Assembly: GCF_001194135.2 (NCBI RefSeq)
Contig: NC_068982.1
Span: forward strand, 191,653,546 to 191,712,606
Source: Octopus bimaculoides
Lineage: Eukaryota
Length of the DNA stretch: 59,061 bases
Direction: 5' to 3'
Shown here: positions 13,310 through 26,545 of the stretch, piece by piece
Layout: each line of letters starts with the position of its first letter
How positions within the stretch are numbered: position 1 is the stretch's first letter
Made by a program: the position numbers and the translations under genes
Notes under the pieces: generated by a model
What the model was told of the DNA's origin: nothing
The model's input: only the letters and a program-made list of their open reading frames with translations
The model's database searches: none

Positions 13310-13870
13310 CTCTCCCACAGGAGCCAGTTAGGGGACACTGGCATCGACCATGTTTGGATGGTGCTTTTTATGTGCCATCAGAATGTAAGCCTATCAGGGG
13401 ACATTGGCCACAACTACGATTTTGGTTTTACTTGACTCAACAAGTCTTCTCAAGTATATCATATCACATGATGCTTCAAGGGTACTCTTAAATGGGCCGG
13501 ACATGCAACATTGGCATCGGCCATGGCTGTGATTTCACTTTAGTTACAGGGTCTTCTCAATCACAGCATATTTCCAAAAGTCCCGGTCTCCTGTCATTGC
13601 CTCTGTGAGGCCCAGTGTTCAAAGGTCATGCTTTACCACCTCATCTCATGTCTTCCTGGGTCTACCTCTTCCACAGGTTCCCTCTTCTGCTAAGGTGTGA
13701 CACTTCTTCACACAGCTGTCCTCATCCATACGTAATACATAACCATAGCAGTGCAATCGTCTCTCTTGCGCACCACATTTGATGCTTCTTAGGTCCAAGT
13801 GTTCTGAAGATATATGTGAAATAAATTCCTTCAAATCATCAGAATGCTCTCTCGAAGAAGCCAAGAGATG
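13310..13870 (-). mobile_element. RTE LINE 3' fragment (ORF2 C-terminus plus 3' UTR)
   Basis: QERRLHCYGYVLRMDEDSCVKKCHTLAEEGTCGRGRPRKT. Confidence 0.85.
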
Positions 13871-14994
13871 TTGTTAGAGAGGTGAGCAAATTTGCAGTGA
13901 AGAGAAGTGTTCTGAAGCAAGGAATAGATAAAGATGGTGCTCGTGGTCTGAAGTGGTGGGAAGCGGTAGGAGGTAAACAAGAGGATGAAAATTAGTCTGA
14001 AGAGGAATGAAGAGACTGTGTTGCTATGACACATGATGTGTACGGAGGATGTCAGCTGTATAAAAAAAAGTACTGTGTCAAGCGTAAGAAAACAAGGAAG
14101 TCAAGAGATGGTGATGACGCATCCCATGAGGATGAATCTGATAAAGGAGATGATGAGGGATCACAACTTTAGGTAAAAGGTTGTACTGAAGACTTGTCCA
14201 CCCAAACAATCAAAGCAACACAGACGTAAAATGATAGGAGTAATCGAGGCTGAGATTTATGATAGTTACATCTGAGTGTCTCTCACCTATTATGTTCCTG
14301 AGGAGTCTATCGTCTTCCTCTCTCATTTCCATTATTCCCTCTGCTACCTGTTCTTTATCACCATTTCTCATTTCACCACACCACTCATGCTGTCTGTCTA
14401 TTTAACTTCCTTACCAATAACCATCATACAGCTGCTGATCACTGTCTCTCTGTCTTCCACTACTCCCTCCTCTATTACCCTCTTGTCCCTATCACTTTTC
14501 TTATCTTTCTTTCTCTCCACCTTCATAGTCATGTTGCTTTGAATGAATGGAGCCAATATAGGATAGAGAGAAATCTTTAGTCTTGCAGGGAACAAGGCAC
14601 CTCACTAGTGTTGGTGCCATGATAAAGTACATTCAAGGCAGTTTGTAGCCATCTAGCAGAGCAGTAACCACAAACAACAGAACACAACGTGACAACCCAT
14701 CTAACTCGTGCCACCATGTACTAAATGAATGATGATGATGATGAGGATTGAAACAGTTACCAGGTTCAAGGTGTCCTACTACTCAAACCATCTGATGACA
14801 ACATAGCCCCAGTAACAATGACGGAAAGCAAGGCAAGAACACAAGAATTCTATTTTTCATTTGATATCATTTACTAAGTTGACACAGGCAGAATGAGAAA
14901 AAGTGTAATTGTTTTTTAAATCCAAACAACGAAGAAATGTAGAAGGTTAATATTTCACAAGGAATAAGTTATAAGGAACATTACTGGTTTGGGC

Positions 14995-15191
14995 TCATGG
15001 CCGATATATTCTCTCTTTCTCATTTATTTCAGTTCGGCAGATAGGACAGTGTTGCTGGGACTTGCTACATTCTATGCAACACACCATGTGTTTGCAAGGT
15101 TTGAACACTATTTCAATATGATTTTCAAAACAAATTTTGCAGTAAACTTCATTTTCCAATTTAGCTAATTGTTGACGGAGACTTTCAATTT
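14995..15191 (-). CDS. IAP terminal coding exon: C3HC4 RING finger
   Basis: ttcacag|AA ATT, phase 1. (E)IESLRQQLAKLENEVYCKICFENHIEIVFKPCKHMVCCIECSKSQQHCPICRTEINEKERIYRP, TGA at 14997-14995. IAP-type RING. Not in the ORF track. Confidence 0.95.
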
Positions 15192-18100
15192 CTGTGAAAG
15201 AAAAATAAATTATAAAATTATTGGTACAGATACTAATTAATGCTAATATTTATTACAAATGTAGTTAATTAATTAATGAAGAACATAGTCTAGGGATTGG
15301 ATCAGATGAGACAATATTTAATTTGGCTTGGTCCCAAGGAAAAGGTACCTTGATGCCATATTCCTTGAGACAACTTCAAGAGGAATCTAGTTAGAGAAGA
15401 GCTTTGATTTCAAGGTGGCTCAAGAAACTAGGAGTAGATATATGCTTTATGAGGGATTTACTAGTGAGCAAGGGTGAGAATTCATGGGTTGAGTAATGAA
15501 TCTAGTTAAGGGTCCATCAAGACTCAGTTGTCAGCTTCCCTCCTATTTATAGTCCCCCCCCCCCGTATCTCCATCACTTATATCCTATTGCTCTTCTTTC
15601 CTCCGCCTCCTCCTCCTCAATCATGATACCTGAGTGAGGGAGAACAGCAATCTTTATGCCATCTTCCCTCACTCTTCTGTCGTCATAAGATTTGTTACCT
15701 TAAAGGTATGCTCTGGTCCTTCATACCTTCCAAGCACCACTCTACCCACCGCGTCTCCACCTTCTCAACCTGACCCCCACCTCTACTTTGTTACCCCCTT
15801 CCCTAACACTGTCTCCCTTACTTTCCTCCCCTACCACCCTCCCTCAACAATAAACCTGGCTTGGACCCTAACAAACCATCTAACCCATGCTAGCATGGCA
15901 GACATACTAGGAATGGGGAGGGTGACCCAGTGATGGGTTTCTCCCGCCTTCCTTTTACATTAATCCCGGAGACTACTTCTGTTCCCTTCAACCCCGTTTC
16001 CTCCTCTGTTATTTCTTAGCGAGTGTCTCATTTTGCAAAGCTACAAGGTGACTCCCCCCCCCCACTCCAGCAGCACTGGTGCCATAATAAGCACCCAGTA
16101 CATTCTAGTGACACCTTGGTACTTGAGAGAGTTCTTTAGTCTTGCTAATGGCAAGTCAACCTCACTAGTGATGGTACTGTGGGGGAAATATGCCCCCTCC
16201 CCTCCACTCTGTCAAGTGGTTGGTGTTAAAGCAAGGAAATCCAGCTGCAGAAACCATGACAAACAGGAGACATTGGAGCAAGACATGGCTCTTCAACCCG
16301 TTCAGTGCCGTTGCACTGTCCAATGCCAGAAAGGGGATGCAAAAAAATGAAGAGGATTATACAACCAGAGAAAAATCAGGTAGATTTCTTTAATAATTCA
16401 TCTCACAGAAGTTTCAGTGATGCTGAGAGATGAATTATTCCATCAGAACCAAAAGACAAAAAGCAATTATGGCTTTTGTCTCTTACTTTTTGCCTCTTAT
16501 TCAACTTTTCAAAATATCTTTCATTTTCCTAATTTATTTGAATTATGTTAAAAGTTGGGTTTTTGTATTTAAAACCCTAACCCTTTCCCCATTTTAACCC
16601 TCCCCAAACATGGTTTGATCTACTTCCACAAAAGACATCTGTTGTTACAGCTTTGTCATCAGATAAATATCATCTTCATGGTGTTTATTATTTCTGTCAT
16701 TGCTTAACTTCATTTCACAGACTTTAATTTTCACATTATTCTATCAAATGTAATGTTTGTTTATTCACATTGTTTTGAACTAATCATGTGTCATCATCAT
16801 CATCATTTAGCATCCGTTGTCCATGCTGGCATGGGTTGGACAGTTTGGCCAGGACTGGTAAGCTGAGGGGATGCACCAGGATGGTCTCTATGGCTGGATG
16901 CCCTACCTAACACCAACAAGGTAAATCTAGCTGGTTTGAACATAAAACGGGTCAAATATTTGAGCCAGATACGACTGCTTTAAATGCTAAAGAGTTAAAT
17001 GTGATGACATGGTTTGGTTTATTATTTCTCAAATCTCACCAAAGTTGTGTTTGCATTCTATTTCAGGTGAGTGACTGAGCATGTCCACAACTCAAGCCCT
17101 ACAAACAGGATGAACTTGTAACTGCACAATGATTGGTCAAGGGAGGTAGAGGGGGAAGTAAATTGGTGACTGAAGCAGTAAATATCAATTATTGATTAAT
17201 GAAGAGTTTAATTATGCTTGCGAGATGGACAAACTATTTACTCGGTCAATGCATGAAAGGACAGTAAAGAGATACTTGATAGAGATTTCATTGTTACACT
17301 GACCAGCTAGGTTGGGTCATCCTCATTCAATGTCCATTTTCCAGGCTGGCAAGAGTTGGACAATTTGACAGGAGACGGCAAGCCAGTGAGCTAGATGCAC
17401 CAGGCTCCAGTCATCTGTTTTGGCATGGTTTCTATGGCTGGATGCCCTTCCTAATGCCAACCACTTTACAGAGTGTTCTGTGTGCTTTTTATGCATGTTG
17501 TGAAGAGAGTCACGATGTCCCCTTGTGGGAGATAAACTGGTCCAAGTAAAGTATAAATAATAACGATCTGAGTGAGTTTGAAGTCTTGAGTTTAGAGTCG
17601 AGTGAAGTTTGTGTTAGTTTGCAGAGAAGTCAGAAGGTGTTGGTTGGTTGGTTCACAAAGAAATATTGATTGTTGGTTCATAAAGAGATTTGTTAATTTA
17701 TTACATTGTTTTTATTGTTGTCTGGTTAACTTATTCATTGTACGTAACAAATTACATTACAACAATGTGACCCCAGCACAGGTGCTTTTTTACATGGCAC
17801 CAGCACCTGTGGGATCACCAAGGACTTCTCAGCTGAGAGAGGGAGAGGAACCGAGAGAAGTAGCTGTGTGTCAGGCGAAAGGTTGGCGTATGAAAGAGGG
17901 ACAGGGATAGCTGTTTGACGACAGAGGGGACACTTGGCTAGCCCCGGAGGACAAGGAAGAAGGAAGGTGGGAGAGAGAGACAGGTCAGAGTGAGAGAAGG
18001 CCTACCCACAGGGAACAATGGGGGGAGGAGGAAAGGAATATGAATAGTACAAAGGGGTTAGAGGAGGGGGGGGGTTGATAAAACTGATTCCCCTTTAATT

Positions 18101-18316
18101 TTCAATTAGTAATTAAGTCAATAATGACAAATGTTTATCCAATGCTTAATAGAGTTAATTATTGGACAGTTCGTTAGCTAACAATCAGTACAACTTATTT
18201 TTAGATATTCAAAGATAGGAATTAGGAGAGTCACACATTTCTGAAAGATATTGGTCGAGTTAAAACTAAGAGTCAAAATTAGTTCCTGCCACTAAGACTG
18301 AATTAAAACAACTTAC

Positions 18317-18761
18317 CCAGAGCAGTTGCAGACTTTGAAGAACTCACTGATTCTTGGCCACTGCTAATTGCAGAAAGAAACGAAGTTCCAATGGTGGGAG
18401 CCAACGATGCTTGGGATTTGGCAGGCGCCAGAGGTACCAGTTCTTTGGCAATGGCTGCTGCTGCTACAGTTTCTGTGGATTTAGACAGATTCTCCTGTGT
18501 TGAAGTCGTAGGTACCATATAAGTTGGTGATAGGTTCAAAGAGGGTTGTTGCAGGGATTCATATTGGTTAGAAGAGGATTTGTTGGATGAGGAACTTGGA
18601 TGTAATTCTGTAAGGGGTGAATAATGTTTTAATATTTCTTTGCTCGGCAAGTCAGAGAGATATGGCTGTGATTCTTCACGGGGCAGTTTCGATACACGAT
18701 CTCCAGGACGTCTTGAAGGATGATAAGGGTCCTGGTTTAACAGACTACATTCGGTAAACAA
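18317..18761 (-). CDS. IAP coding exon 3: Ser/Pro/Thr-rich linker
   Basis: ttttccag|TTG...CTG G|gtaagt, 445 nt, open, phase 0 to 1. Fits exon 2 (phase 0) and the RING exon (phase 1). Confidence 0.85.
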
Positions 18762-19340
18762 CTGGAAAATAGCCAAATATAGAATTCACATTAGATTTCA
18801 AAAACCAAAATGTTTAACAAATCTTTCTTTTTTTTTGCCTTTTTATCTTTCACAAGACAAATATATCTCAGATTAAATTTTAAAATAATACTTTACCTTT
18901 CAAATTAATAAATTCATAATTGACCATTCAAACAGGTCACATCTACAACTGGCTGAGTCAATCGAGTGCTACCATAGAGCCATAACCAAACTATTCAAGT
19001 TCAATTAGTTTAGTATGATTAATGGTAAACAAGTCCCGTCAGATGGTATGACGAACTAATGTCAAATGCCCCAATAAAGTTACAGTGTTCAATAGACACA
19101 CTTCTCACCCCTAATCTTCGTATTCCTGTATGTGATAATTTCACATTAATTCTTTGCCAAGAAACAATGATTCTGTTTCATCATTTTCAGATATATGGGA
19201 CATAGATTTCACACGTCCCCAAACAAGTATGGTTGTGAGGTAACAAGCTTGCTTCCCAACCACATGGTTCTGGGTTCAATCCCACTGCATCACACCTTGA
19301 GCAAGTGTCTTCTACTATAGCCCTGGACCAACCAAAACCC

Positions 19341-19378
<38 letters not shown>

Positions 19379-20943
19379 TGACAACCAGTGTTGATGTGTT
19401 TATGTCCCTGTAATTTAGCAGTTCAGCAAAAGAGACTGAAAGAATAAGTAGCAGGCTTAAAGAAAAAGCAAGTAGTAGAGTCAATTCATTGAACCCCAGT
19501 TCTGGTCAGCCTCTGACCCTCACAACTGAAAGAAAAGATGAAAAATGCAATCACAGCTTCATGTATTTAGCTTGAGATACTCATACNNNNNNNNNNNNNN
19601 NNNNNNNNNNNNNNNNNNNNNNNNNNNNNNNNNNNNNNNNNNNNNNNNNNNNNNNNNNNNNNNNNNNNNNNNNNNNNNNNNNNNNNNNNNNNNNNNNNNN
19701 NNNNNNNNNNNNNNNNNNNNNNNNNNNNNNNNNNNNNNNNNNNNNNNNNNNNNNNNNNNNNNNNNNNNNNNNNNNNNNNNNNNNNNNNNNNNNNNNNNNN
19801 NNNNNNNNNNNNNNNNNNNNNNNNNNNNNNNNNNNNNNNNNNNNNNNNNNNNNNNNNNNNNNNNNNNNNNNNNNNNNNNNNNNNNNNNNNNNNNNNNNNN
19901 NNNNNNNNNNNNNNNNNNNNNNNNNNNNNNNNNGGGGGGGGGGGTCCTAAATCCTACAAGTAACCTCATGCATTGGTATTTAAACAAATTATATACAGCA
20001 AGGTTAGTTTACACAAAAAGTGTACTGCATCTGTTTTCATAATCCATTTTATGTGACATTGACACACACACACATCTAAATAGTAATTTTATATCATTTT
20101 AAATCAAAATCAAAATTTTTTTTTAAATTCTGAACCATTTCTCATCGTTGAAGAAGGCCAGCTATGACTGGAACCTTGACCTAAATCAATAAAATACACT
20201 GAATTGGATTAACTCTTTGGCATTCGGATTATTAATACTTATTCATTCACATTGTTGGGAAGTAACTAGACATTATCTTTGTAGCTTTGAGATGTGATTA
20301 CTTTAAGAGTAACATTGTAGGGTAGTTTGAACATAAAACAGGTGGAATATTGGGGCCAGATAATCATTCTGCTTTCTATGCTAGCATGGGTTGGACAGTT
20401 TGATTGAACTGGGGGTTCTGATCTGATTTGACAAGGTTTCTACAGCTATGGTCTCAGAGCATCCACCCCCGCTACTGACCTGTTTAACCTAGGTAACGGA
20501 GCCTATCAACAACTACTTCTATGGCCAGTATAAATTCTAAAGGGTATATACAAACACGGAACAACACTAACCAATGTTTTGCCATGGAAACTTTCCAAAG
20601 AGACTTCAGTGTTATAAATGTAACACACATTATTTTAATCTAAGATTGTTTCAAGGCCAACTTTGAGCTGATACAGAAATCTACAAACAAAACATTTATT
20701 GATTTGTGCAAATATTTTTCAATTTAGCTCAGAATATCCAGAGGTACTCATCACTGAAGGGATCAAATATAGTTGAAACAAGTGTCTGGCAATCTGCCGA
20801 TAGGATTCTCTTTCAAGTTTCTCAAAATATTACAGCTAGTACTATTTCACTATACTGTATATAGTTCTATATTAATAAATGTTATATATATATATACACA
20901 CAGGCAAGGATGTGTGGTAAGAAACTTGCTTCCCAGTCCCATG

Positions 20944-21058
<115 letters not shown>

Positions 21059-23400
21059 CGTACTCACACATGTGTTATAAAAGTCCAGGATTGAAGTGAA
21101 TCAGGTACTTGAATGGTAAAGCACTGGGTCGGGTCAAAAAATGAAATCAGAGGAACATATACATACATACCGAAGTACAGGCGGATTATTATTCCAGTTG
21201 TATATACGATTAACTGCACCTGACTGAGTACATTATGAGTGTCAAGGCTGTATTTGGGAACACGCACTGCACCAATTGGACTGCACTTAATAGACTCCGG
21301 ATCTACATTAATAGCAGGTTCCAAGTAAGGTGAATAATAAATAACAGATGGATAACAGCTCATTCACTACAGCTGTTTCAAACGAGTTTTTTTTATTGGT
21401 GAATGGAGTCATTATATCATGCGATAGAAAAAAACGTTTTCATCAGGGGAACATACACGAATTACACATTTAAAAAAAAAAACATTCCAGTTTGTAGCAC
21501 TTCATGATTCTCTGACCAGTGATAAGTCAAAAAAATGAATTCACTCGCTCAAGTTAGTTAATATAGGAAAAACATTTTGGTGACAGAAGTGGGGAGGGAG
21601 GTGAAGATCATTTAAAGGAGTAGGAAGATTAGGGGGTAGGGGATAAAAATATTCATTCAACTTCTAAAAAATAAGGTTATGCTCTTTTATTTATTATCTT
21701 TAAGAGACGAAAGATGTTAAAAGATAATGGAGGTTAAAAGATAGTGGGGAGGGGATGCAAAATAGGGAGTGAGACCTTGAAATCATGTTCCCACTTCGGA
21801 GATAAGGTTACTTTATTTTATTTTTTTCATTTTTTAAATAGCTGTACAACCCAGTTGGAGTCCAAAGAAATCTTTAAAAAACAGAGAGGAGCCGTGAATA
21901 GTAGATAAAGGAGAGAAACAGTTTATTTATATAGAATGAAGTGTATATAGTAGGATTAACTATGCCTGGTGAAAGAACTGAACAGAACCAGAGGAGAAAT
22001 AAGAAGAGAAATAAGAAGACGAGTGGTCTTCCAGATAAATAGATACACAATAAAAAATAAAATGCATTAAGAAAGGATAAAGGTTAAACACATGGTAAAT
22101 AGTGAAGATACAAAAAATCTTATAAGAGATAAAAAAAAGAAAATGTAATTAAAAAGTAGTTAAAAACCGAAAAGTAATTAAATGAAAATACAACCATAAC
22201 CAAATTATAATTATGAAGGAATTATGAATATAATAATAAAAGTATAAAATTATAAAAGACACAAGCAGAAGAGTAGAAAATAATGAAGGATAAATATATT
22301 CATAAATGTTTGAATAATGTAAATTACGAGCATGGTGAGGATATTAAGACCATGATAAGAATTTCAAAGTGTATCAGAGAATATTTGAAAATATGAAAAA
22401 AAATATAAGCATTACATACAAGATGTAGGATATAAATATATAATAAATCCTACAAGTTATAAATAATTAATTATAAATAAAAACATAAGGATCCATATTA
22501 ATAATATTAGTGATATATGAGATCAAAGTAGTATTTATAAGTTTATAAAGGATTAAATTTGATAAAATATATCTTGAAATATATACCATGAAAGAATAAA
22601 GTGAGAAAAGCAGAATATAAAATACATTAATAGAATATAAAAAGAATTTATAGTTTATAAATCAATGAAATAGAAATTAGGATCATCAAGTAATGAAGAA
22701 AAATCTAGCACCAATTGATACGGGTATAAATATATCATCATCATTTAACATCTGCCTTCCATGTTGGCATGGGTGGGACGGCTTGACAGGAACCTAAAGC
22801 AGGCTTCTGAGATTGTTTTGGCAGGATTTTTACAGCTGGATGCCCTTCCTAACATCACCCACTCAGCAGAGTGGACTTAGGGCTTTTTACATGGCACAAG
22901 CACAGACGAGGTCAGTTTTGGCAAGGTTTTTACAGCTGGATGCCCTTCCAAGCACACCAACCACTTTACAGTGTGGACTGGGTGCTTTTATGTGGCACCT
23001 GCACTGATAGGGTCACCAAGTACCTTGCAAGACAAAAAAAAAAATTCAAGAGGGAGAGGGGCATTGGAGGAGGTGATCTTCAATTGGATGATGAAAGATT
23101 ATAGTGTGACAGAAACAGGGGTCTCACTGNNNNNNNNNNNNNNNNNNNNNNNNNNNNNNNNNNNNNNNNNNNNNNNNNNNNNNNNNNNNNNNNNNNNNNN
23201 NNNNNNNNNNNNNNNNNNNNNNNNNNNNNNNNNNNNNNNNNNNNNNNNNNNNNNNNNNNNNNNNNNNNNNNNNNNNNNNNNNNNNNNNNNNNNNNNNNNN
23301 NNNNNNNNNNNNNNNNNNNNNNNNNNNNNNNNNNNNNNNNNNNNNNNNNNNNNNNNNNNNNNNNNNNNNNNNNNNNNNNNNNNNNNNNNNNNNNNNNNNN

Positions 23401-23560
23401 GAGAGAGAGAAGAGGGGGAGAGAGAGAGAAGAGGGGGAGAGAGAGAGAAGAGGGGAGAGAGAGAAGAGGGGTGAGAGAGAGAAGAGGAGGGGGAGAGAAG
23501 AGGGGGAGAGAAAAAAGGAGAAAGAGAAGAGGGGGAGAGAGAGAAGAGGGGAGAGAAAGT
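23401..23560 (+). repeat. GA-rich polypurine simple repeat
   Basis: gagagagaagaggggga units abutting the gap. Confidence 0.9.
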
Positions 23561-24242
23561 AAAAAAAAAGACCCAGCAAGCCAACTGAGATTGTAGCCTT
23601 GGCCTGTGGCAGTGTTGCATAATCAACCCATTTCAGAATATTCTTCAATCGTCGGGCAATATGCTTTGCTTGTGAAGACCTGTTGAGTCACGTGAAACCA
23701 TTCTCATGGCCGATGCCATTACCACCTGACTGGCACCTGTGCTGGTGGCACATAAAAAGCACCATTCAAGCGTGGTCAATGCCAGTGCCACTGGACTGGC
23801 TCCCGTGCCGGTGGCACGTAAAAAGCAAGCACTACACTCTCAGAGTGGTTGGCATTAGGAAGGGCATCCAGCTGTAGAAACTCTGCCAAATTAGATTGCA
23901 GCCTGGTGTTACCATCCGGTTCCACCAGTCCTCAATCAAACTGTCAAACCCATGCCAGCCTGGAAAGTGGACATTAAACGATGATGATGATGTCTCTTAT
24001 TTAAATATTTATAGTTATTACTTTGACTACAGATTGTATTCTCACTGCTAAATTCATTTTTACCAGACCAAACGGTTAAGTTACTGTTCAATCTAGCCTT
24101 ATGTTCATTAATATCATACCCATGCGATTTAATCAAGTCATTGCATTGGTTAATATCGCTAGAACCTCCTAGTACTACCTTATATTCAGATTAATCATCA
24201 CCTGGTAGCTAATTTACTAATTTATTACCATAGGTTGCCTTA

Positions 24243-24770
24243 TCAGCCATAGGGGAGTGAACAAATCTTTGGCTTGTAACCTGCCTTAGACATAGAGTTA
24301 TAATAATAAGCATATCTATTAAATACAGCCACATGAGCAGAAGATTGTGTTATCCTTTCAGATATACTCTTTACCAATGATTTTATTATACAGGTAGGAT
24401 GATTGGATAGTCTATTAACATATGAAATAATTTCATCAGGCTTCCTATAGGGGTGGTGCAAACCAGATTTAATGTCTAGGGTTACATCTAAGAAAATAAC
24501 CACCTTAGTATTATATTCAAAAGTTAATTCAACATTATAATTTGTAATAAATTTTCTGAGTTTCCTAAGTGTCCTTACTGAGACTACTATTATCATAGAT
24601 AACAAATAAAGGTTCATCCCTGTACAAAGCACCATGAAGATTAGGGAATATATCCTTGAGATAGTGTAAAAGGTAGATACTAATGAGATCAGTGTCCTGG
24701 ACCAAGTTGCAAGATCCCATGCCCAATAACAAAATTGTTGGGGGTGTCACATCTTGTCCATAGTTTACCC
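24243..24770 (-). mobile_element. Penelope-like element reverse transcriptase fragment (decayed)
   Basis: GQDVT..GMGS..LYRDE (PLE YRDD) and NTKVVIFLDVTLDIKSGLHHPYRKPDE..YVNRLSNHP..IIK..ISERI, i.e. PLE RT motifs 4-7 and thumb, with frameshifts. Confidence 0.85.
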
Positions 24771-24798
24771 TCAAACTCAATAATAGTCTTCCAAGCAA

Positions 24799-24839
<41 letters not shown>

Positions 24840-25135
24840 TCTCTCTCTCTCTCTCCCACCACTGCTTCACAACCAGTGTTGGTGTATTTAGATGCCTGTA
24901 ATTTAGCAATTCATCAAAAAAAACATCAGCCTAAGTACCAGGCTTAAAAAACAAAGGTGCTGGGGTCAATTCATTCATATAAAGGCTCTTCATGGCTGTG
25001 CCCAGCATGGCCATAATCTAATGATAGAAACAAAAGATAAAATATAAAAGCCATCATTATTTTAAATTTAACAAGGTTTCAATGAGAAAAATTAACCTCA
25101 ACACCAGAAGGCAATGAACTCGAAAGAAAGCTTAC

Positions 25136-25284
25136 CTGACGAGACAAATAGCAATTGTGTCTTTCCTTAACAAAGGAACACTGATCCCGTTTATATTTCT
25201 TGTGTTCATCCCAAGCATTGTCAGTAGCTTCCCATTGGTCAAGTTTCAATCCACAATTGAAACACTGGACACGATCAGAAGGAC
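25136..25284 (-). CDS. IAP coding exon 2: second half of BIR domain 2
   Basis: ttgtag|GT CCT...CAG|gtaagc, 149 nt, phase 1 to 0. (G)PSDRVQCFNCGLKLDQWEATDNAWDEHKKYKRDQCSFV continues BIR2 seamlessly across a 19.1-kb intron. Confidence 0.95.
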
Positions 25285-26224
25285 CTACAAGAAATGAGCA
25301 AAATAGTTTTGGCAACAGACAGTTCTCAAGAACATTGAATGGATTGAACCACAAAGAGAAGAGTCTTAGGGGTTAAGAGATAATCTCTTTGAGAGTGGGT
25401 AACTAGGATCATACAGGAACGCTGCACTGCGAGGACCCTTTAGAAGATTCCTTTGGAATTCTCTGCCAGGGACTTTGCTTGAAGAAACTGAGGTGACATT
25501 AGTATCAGTTGATTAAAATGACCTCAGTACAACACTGGTACCCTTAGTTCATGGACCCTGGAAGAAGAGGTAAAATTGACCTCGGTAGGGTTTGAATACT
25601 GAACAGAACAGACCGAAACTGAGAACTACAAGGAATTTGGTCTAACAATAGAAGAGTGAAGGAGGGATACAATGGAAGGCATGTTGAGAAAGCCAGATTT
25701 TCACCAAGGAAGCAATTACTGGTAGAAAAGAGAGGGAGAACATCAAAGAAGAAGAAGGGAAGTGAAACATGGCAGACACAATGTGAAGATGTGAGACGTT
25801 TCCTTTTGAATGTCAGGTTGTGTAGAAGAAAGAATAAAAATGGAGTTGGGGAGAAGTTTGTATGGAATGGTAACAACACTGTTGCTGTCATTGAAAGAGG
25901 TAATGATACAAGGCATATCTGCAGAGTTTGATGGCAGATTGCTACAGCTGGCCAAACCCTTTGTATGTCACTCATTAACTTTGCAATGATAAAAGTAAAA
26001 GTCAAATTCAGCAGAAATTTAACTCAGATCAAAAGCATCCAGTTTGTGGGTTGGGTTCAGTTCCTCTCCCGCCTCTCCCCCCAGTCACCACAACTCCGCT
26101 CCAAACTGATTCAAAATATTGGTTTCAAATTTTGACACAAGGCCAGCAATCTCAGGGAAGAGGGTAAGTTGATTACATTGAGCCTAGTGCCAGGCAAAGT
26201 CAGCCTGGACTAGAAACGAAGACA

Positions 26225-26545
26225 GATGAAATGCTCTCCCTTGGCTTGCCAGGTCTTCTCCAAAAGGCTCAGTCACTTAGAATTGTCTCTGTGAGGCCCA
26301 ACATTCGAAGGTCATTGCGTCACCACCTCATCCCATGTGCTTTACTTCTTCCACAGGTTCCCTCAACTCCTAGGGTGTAACACTTCTTCACACAGCTGTC
26401 CTCGTCCATATGCAACACATGACCATATCAGCACAGTCATCTCTCTTGCACACCACAACTGATACTTCTTATGCCCAACTTTTCTCTCAGGACGCTTACA
26501 CTCTGTCGTGTATGCACACTCACATTGCACACCCAGCAGAACATA
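26225..26545 (-). mobile_element. RTE LINE ORF2 C-terminal fragment
   Basis: Nucleotide similarity to 13560-13800 and 3200-3520 (cacagctgtcctcgtccata, ccacctcatcccatgt, gtgaggccca). Confidence 0.8.

Noticed and set aside
16392-16439. Hairpin aataattcatctc / gagatgaattatt as a possible pre-miRNA
   Set aside because: Stem is only about 16 bp and does not extend; too short for a Drosha substrate.
21064-21363. 99-aa minus ORF as an extra IAP exon
   Set aside because: No acceptor/donor pair giving phase 0 to 0, and no domain resemblance.
25285-25354. ORF-track N-terminus MWFNPFNV.. preceding BIR2
   Set aside because: Intronic; the real exon starts at the acceptor at 25284.
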